From an uncultured delta proteobacterium (GTDB taxonomy: Bacteria > Desulfobacterota > Binatia > Binatales > Binataceae), in the NCBI GenBank assembly GCA_963724765.1, contig CAVRVY010000004.1, positions 992,001-1,056,000 of the forward strand: a DNA stretch of 64,000 nucleotides, in the 5' to 3' direction. A program made the translations under genes and the position numbers. Of the stretch, positions 59,964 through 64,000 are shown in pieces. Each line of letters opens with the position of its first letter. Positions within the stretch are counted from its first letter, which is position 1. A model generated the notes under the pieces. That model was not told the origin of the DNA, did no database searches, and was given only the letters and a program-made list of their open reading frames with translations.

Positions 59964-60324
59964 CGCAGGACTGCCCTCCTCGGAAATGATGGCTGCGCGC
60001 CTTTAGACGTCTGAACGTTGTATGGACGTGCCCAGGACAATGCTCTTTGAGGCCGGCTTGCGCGTTCCCTCAAGGCACGCCGCCGCGCTCGCTGAGCGTA
60101 TATAAAGGCTCGGACGGTTGGCAAGCCGTGAAAGCGCCGCCCGCCCTTGGAGTATCGGCGCATCGAGAATGCCGGATTGCGAACGCCGCCGTGCGGTCAC
60201 TGGACACGCTCGATGCTACCGCATTACAGATGGCTTCAGGAGCATCGCGAATCGAACGTCACGAAAATGACCTTGCTTCTCCGAGACCGCGCGAGTGAAA
60301 AAGTTCAGCCAGGAGAAACTGCCG

Positions 60325-61194
60325 ATGGCAAAAAATGTGAACGCAAAAAAAGTCAATGTCTGCCTGACCTTCGACTTCGACGCGATCTCGGTCTGGATCG
60401 GCAATTTCCACGCCTCCTCGCCCAGCGCAATCTCGCGCGGCGAATTTGGCGTGGTGGGCGCCAAGCGACTGCTCGACCTGCTGCGCGAGTGGAAAATCCC
60501 CTCGACCTGGTTCGTCCCCGGCCATACCGCCGACACCTATCCCGAGGCGGTCGCGCAAATCGCCGCCGCAGGCCACGAGATTGGCCATCACGGCTACCGC
60601 CACGAGCGCCTGGGCTCGCCCGAAGAGGAGATACGCGACTTCGACATGGCGATAGCATCGCTCAAAAGGGTCACCGGCCAGAACCCGGTCGGTTACCGCT
60701 CGCCCGCCGCGGGGCTCACGCCGCGCACTCTCGGATTGCTGGTCGGGCATGGGATGCTCTACGACAGCAGCATGATGGGCGACGACTTCACGCCCTACTA
60801 TTGCAGGGTCGGCGACCAAGCCCCCAAGGACAGCGCCTTCATCTTCGGCCGCCCGACCGAAGTCGTGGAATTGCCGTTTACCTGGGGGCTCGACGACTTC
60901 GTTGCCTTCGAGCACGTGTGGACCCGCAACGGCATCAACCCGGGTATCGCCTCGCCGTCGCGGATCTACGAGGTATGGGCGGGCGACTTCGACTATCTCT
61001 ACGACCGGCTTGGCGAGGGCACCTACATCCTGACGCTGCATCCGCAGTGCATCGGCCGCGGCCATCGCCTGCTGATGCTCGAGCGGCTCATCGACCATAT
61101 TCGCAGCCGCGACGGAATCAGGTTCAAGACGATGCGTGACGTCGCGGATGAGTTCAAACAGTCCCGGCCACCGGGGCCTCCTGCTCGCACCTGA
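60325..61194 (+). CDS. Polysaccharide deacetylase (CE4, PuuE/PgdA-like)
   Basis: TFDFDA, TWFVPG, HEIGHHGY.H, GYRSP, YDSS.M.DD, LHPQ.IGR. Confidence 0.9.
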   Translation: MAKNVNAKKVNVCLTFDFDAISVWIGNFHASSPSAISRGEFGVVGAKRLLDLLREWKIPSTWFVPGHTADTYPEAVAQIAAAGHEIGHHGYRHERLGSPEEEIRDFDMAIASLKRVTGQNPVGYRSPAAGLTPRTLGLLVGHGMLYDSSMMGDDFTPYYCRVGDQAPKDSAFIFGRPTEVVELPFTWGLDDFVAFEHVWTRNGINPGIASPSRIYEVWAGDFDYLYDRLGEGTYILTLHPQCIGRGHRLLMLERLIDHIRSRDGIRFKTMRDVADEFKQSRPPGPPART

Positions 61195-61524
61195 CCGCTC
61201 GCAAAATCCGGCCAATCCGATCATGCGCGCGCTCCGTATTTATGGATGACGATTTACCGCGGCGCCATGGAACCGGCGCGATGGAACCAGAAAGACCGCC
61301 GCGGTGTTATCGCACCAGAGGATGGATTAACGGGCCGGGCGTGCCTCACTGCAATGGGGAGTCAACTGCGACTAAAAAATGGGGATCCGCCGCGTTGGCT
61401 TTCTCCCCGGCGCAAGCGCCGCGATTAGTGTACGTGGCTGAGGGCGCCCGGCCCTTTGCACCATCAGCGCACCTCCGCCCTTCGCGGCGCTCTCGCCCAG
61501 GGTCAGGCTGCGATGCGATGACTC

Positions 61525-62403
61525 TTATTTCGGGCGGCGCGATTTTTCGCCCGTCGCCAGATGAAGCTCGGCTATCGGGTTCAGTCCCACCGTCCAGTTG
61601 ACGTTGCGCTTGAAGACTTCCATGTCGTGGCCGGGGACCACGCGCGGCAGCTTGTCTCCGATAATTCCGGTCATCTTCTCGAACACCTGCATCACGTTCC
61701 ACGGATTTCCCTGGATATAGCCCGGCGGCCACATCTTCTCGAGATTCGCGTACCAGTACACGCAATCGCCCGCCACGATATGTGGGCCCGAAGAGGTTTC
61801 GATCTCCACCCACTGCGAACCGAAGGTGTGCGATTGCGAGGCCAGCCGGCAGGTGATGCCCGGCGCCACTTCGCGGTCGCCGTCGAGCAAGGTTACCCGG
61901 CCCGCGGCGATCGCCTCGTCGAAGCGGTCGAAGTTCTCCCAGTTGATCGATGACAGCGCCCACGAGCCAGGGCCCGCCGTCTTGATTAGCTCGCCGCGGC
62001 GAAGCCGCGTCCAGCCGTTGTACTCTTCGCGCTGGACGTAAACCTTGGCCCTGGGAAAGGCGACCACGTTGCCCGCATGGTCCGCATGCATGTGGGTCAG
62101 GATGACGGTATCGACATCCTCGGGACGAAACCCGACCTTGCCGACCACGACGTCGGGCCATTCGATATCGGTGAACATCCCCGAAAGTTTGTCTTCGGCC
62201 GAGGCGAAGCCGCTCTCCCCGAACCCGGTATCGATCGCGATCACTCGCCGTTCTTTGCTCCCCGGCGCCGAGACCACCAGCGTGTAGAGCATCGGGATTT
62301 CGAACGTTCCGGTGTTGCTGGCGATCGGCGACCCGCCCATGAAATCGCCCGACACCTTGGTGCGCGCGTAGCCAAGGACCCAGATGGAATAGTCAACGGC
62401 CAT
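61525..62403 (-). CDS. Metallo-beta-lactamase-fold hydrolase (AHL-lactonase-like)
   Basis: IDTG, THMHADH (HxHxDH), SHTFG, AGD, PGHD. Confidence 0.88.
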   Translation of the reverse strand: MAVDYSIWVLGYARTKVSGDFMGGSPIASNTGTFEIPMLYTLVVSAPGSKERRVIAIDTGFGESGFASAEDKLSGMFTDIEWPDVVVGKVGFRPEDVDTVILTHMHADHAGNVVAFPRAKVYVQREEYNGWTRLRRGELIKTAGPGSWALSSINWENFDRFDEAIAAGRVTLLDGDREVAPGITCRLASQSHTFGSQWVEIETSSGPHIVAGDCVYWYANLEKMWPPGYIQGNPWNVMQVFEKMTGIIGDKLPRVVPGHDMEVFKRNVNWTVGLNPIAELHLATGEKSRRPK

Positions 62404-62464
62404 CGAACTTTCCCCCAACGTTTAAGCGCCCGCGGCGCGATCCACGCCTGGTAACGTGACACGC

Positions 62465-63298
62465 TCAGGCCGTGAACTCGACCACCGCCGCTCCGCTGCC
62501 CCAAATCGAGCCGTAGCCGAGCACCTTGCCTTTGACCTTGCTCGTGACGCGTCCGGAACCGATCGCGCCCATAAGCCAGTAATAACTCTTGAATTGCATA
62601 TCGGCGCCGGTCTTTGCCGCATACTCGGGCACCAGGTCCATCGCGTCCATGGCTTTTCCGGCGGCTATCAGATCGAGCAGCTTGCGGTTTCCGGCATCGT
62701 CCTCTTCGTTGACAATCCGATCTTCGTCGTCGGAAATCTCGCGCGTGAAATAATGGCCCGAAAGGCCGGTCGACGCGACCACTACGGCGCGCCGGCCGAG
62801 CGCGCACACCGCGTCGGCGGCGGCTTGACCGAGCTTCAATTCCTCGTCGCGTCCCGAATAGATGTTGCATGAGATACAGACGACGGGGATTTCATTTTTC
62901 GGATTGAGAAAGTTAAGCGCCACCAGCGTTCCGGTGTCCACCGGGAAACCTTCGTAGTCCACCGGACGCACCTGGAGGCCGGCGGCCATGCCGAGATCGA
63001 TCGTCCTGCGCGCGAGTTCGAGATCAGTGCGAAAGTCGTACGGCAAGTTGCCGAGGTCGTACCAGTTCTCATCGACGTGCAGCCCCGTCGGATTCGGGCG
63101 CGCCTGCACCAGGTGGCCGAGCACGGAAACCCACTGCGTACTGAAGATGACCAGCACGTCGGGCCGCGCCTCCTGTGCGTTGGCGCCGGCCACACGGCAG
63201 GCGTCGCGTAACTCGCGGCGGGCCGCCGACTCGGTCGGCAGCATCACGTGCGGCAGGCCCGGCATTATGTAGCCCTTGACGATTTGGCCCTCAGGCAT
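62465..63298 (-). CDS. amnA: 2-aminophenol 1,6-dioxygenase alpha-subunit-like (LigB family)
   Basis: PDVL..STQW, HVDENWY, YEGFPVDTGT, EDRI.NEEDD, GYG...GSGAAV.EF. Confidence 0.8.
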   Translation of the reverse strand: MPEGQIVKGYIMPGLPHVMLPTESAARRELRDACRVAGANAQEARPDVLVIFSTQWVSVLGHLVQARPNPTGLHVDENWYDLGNLPYDFRTDLELARRTIDLGMAAGLQVRPVDYEGFPVDTGTLVALNFLNPKNEIPVVCISCNIYSGRDEELKLGQAAADAVCALGRRAVVVASTGLSGHYFTREISDDEDRIVNEEDDAGNRKLLDLIAAGKAMDAMDLVPEYAAKTGADMQFKSYYWLMGAIGSGRVTSKVKGKVLGYGSIWGSGAAVVEFTA

Positions 63299-64000
63299 GG
63301 GCGTCTGCTCCGCTATCGTTGGGCTGCGCCGAGAGGTCCCATTCGACCACCGCGTTGCCGGTCGCGATCACACTCCAGTAGCCGTGCACGCGCGCCGGGA
63401 TCTTCGGAAAACCCATCGCCGCGAGCATCCAGAACAGTCCTCCTGACTTGACCTCGGCGCCGGTCTTCTCGATGAACTCGGGCAGCACGCTGAGCAGCTC
63501 GTCCATCCTGCCCTCGCGCATCAGGCGCAGCACGCGCATGTCCCATAAATAGTTGTCGTGACTGAAGACGTGCTCCTTGCTCATGTCCTCCGGCAGGTTC
63601 GGATCGGGTTCACGATCGAAATGAAAATGCGAGAGCGTATTGCTCGCGGCCAGCACTGCCCGCCGGCCGGTCTTCTCGATCGCGCGGCGCGTTGCGCGCC
63701 CCAGCTTGTACATCTCCTCGATCCCGACGCCGAGCGAGAAGTAGTAGGGCGAATTGTTCGCCGAGAGGCTCAGAATAGGTATATCCCAGCCGGGATTGAG
63801 CATATGAGAAGTGACTATCGTGCCGTAGTCGAGGCGGAAGTTCGGATTGGTCATCTTGCGCGCGATGAGGCCCTCGGCGCGCGCCTCATCGTAAACCGCG
63901 TCGGCCAGCTCGACGTCGATCGCGGTGTCGAAGTTGTAGCGAAAGAGATGCGGAAAGATGGGATCGACCGAGAGGCCCTTAAGCCGCGGCACGCGGGTGA
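63291..64000 (-). CDS. amnB: 2-aminophenol 1,6-dioxygenase beta-subunit-like, 5'-truncated by window edge
   Basis: SVDPIFP..FRY, NPNFRLDYGT, SANNSPYY, ASNTLSH.HF, PEDMSKE, AEVKSG, TGNAV.EW. Confidence 0.85.
   Translation of the reverse strand, partial: TRVPRLKGLSVDPIFPHLFRYNFDTAIDVELADAVYDEARAEGLIARKMTNPNFRLDYGTIVTSHMLNPGWDIPILSLSANNSPYYFSLGVGIEEMYKLGRATRRAIEKTGRRAVLAASNTLSHFHFDREPDPNLPEDMSKEHVFSHDNYLWDMRVLRLMREGRMDELLSVLPEFIEKTGAEVKSGGLFWMLAAMGFPKIPARVHGYWSVIATGNAVVEWDLSAQPNDSGADAHA

Overview
GC-rich (about 65%) bacterial chromosomal segment with no rRNA, tRNA, CRISPR array, transposase or phage genes. The gene mix is deltaproteobacteria-like. Expanded Crp, LLM, amidohydrolase and DUF1329 families suggest Candidatus Binatota, but this is inference only. 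Housekeeping loci: isc operon iscS-iscU-iscA-hscB-hscA-iscX (no iscR or fdx), pckG, orphan secF, trmI, PBP1b, fabF-fabH, tkt, pgl and typA-AsmA-GT-cutA-hisC-pth. These are interspersed with many aromatic/xenobiotic catabolic genes: dienelactone hydrolase, aryl-adenylating ligase plus PaaA/BoxB-like di-iron protein, BphC-type dioxygenase, LLM monooxygenase, epoxide hydrolase and amnB/amnA 2-aminophenol dioxygenase. Best candidates for something undescribed: (1) a compact aryl-ligase / small Cys-rich protein / stand-alone di-iron oxygenase / degenerate ArsA-ATPase operon; (2) a ~153-nt structured RNA behind a conserved-looking hypothetical gene downstream of isc; (3) a divergent Crp paralog pair with two GTAAC-N4-GTTAC boxes upstream of an IscR-less isc operon; (4) an unannotated 56-aa zinc-ribbon gene paired with a second Zn-finger gene and a triple 15-bp repeat ahead of secF; (5) two secreted Pro/Tyr/Gly low-complexity proteins. 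Several pseudogene remnants and short tandem duplications at gene junctions are also visible. All calls are by eye; no database searches were run.
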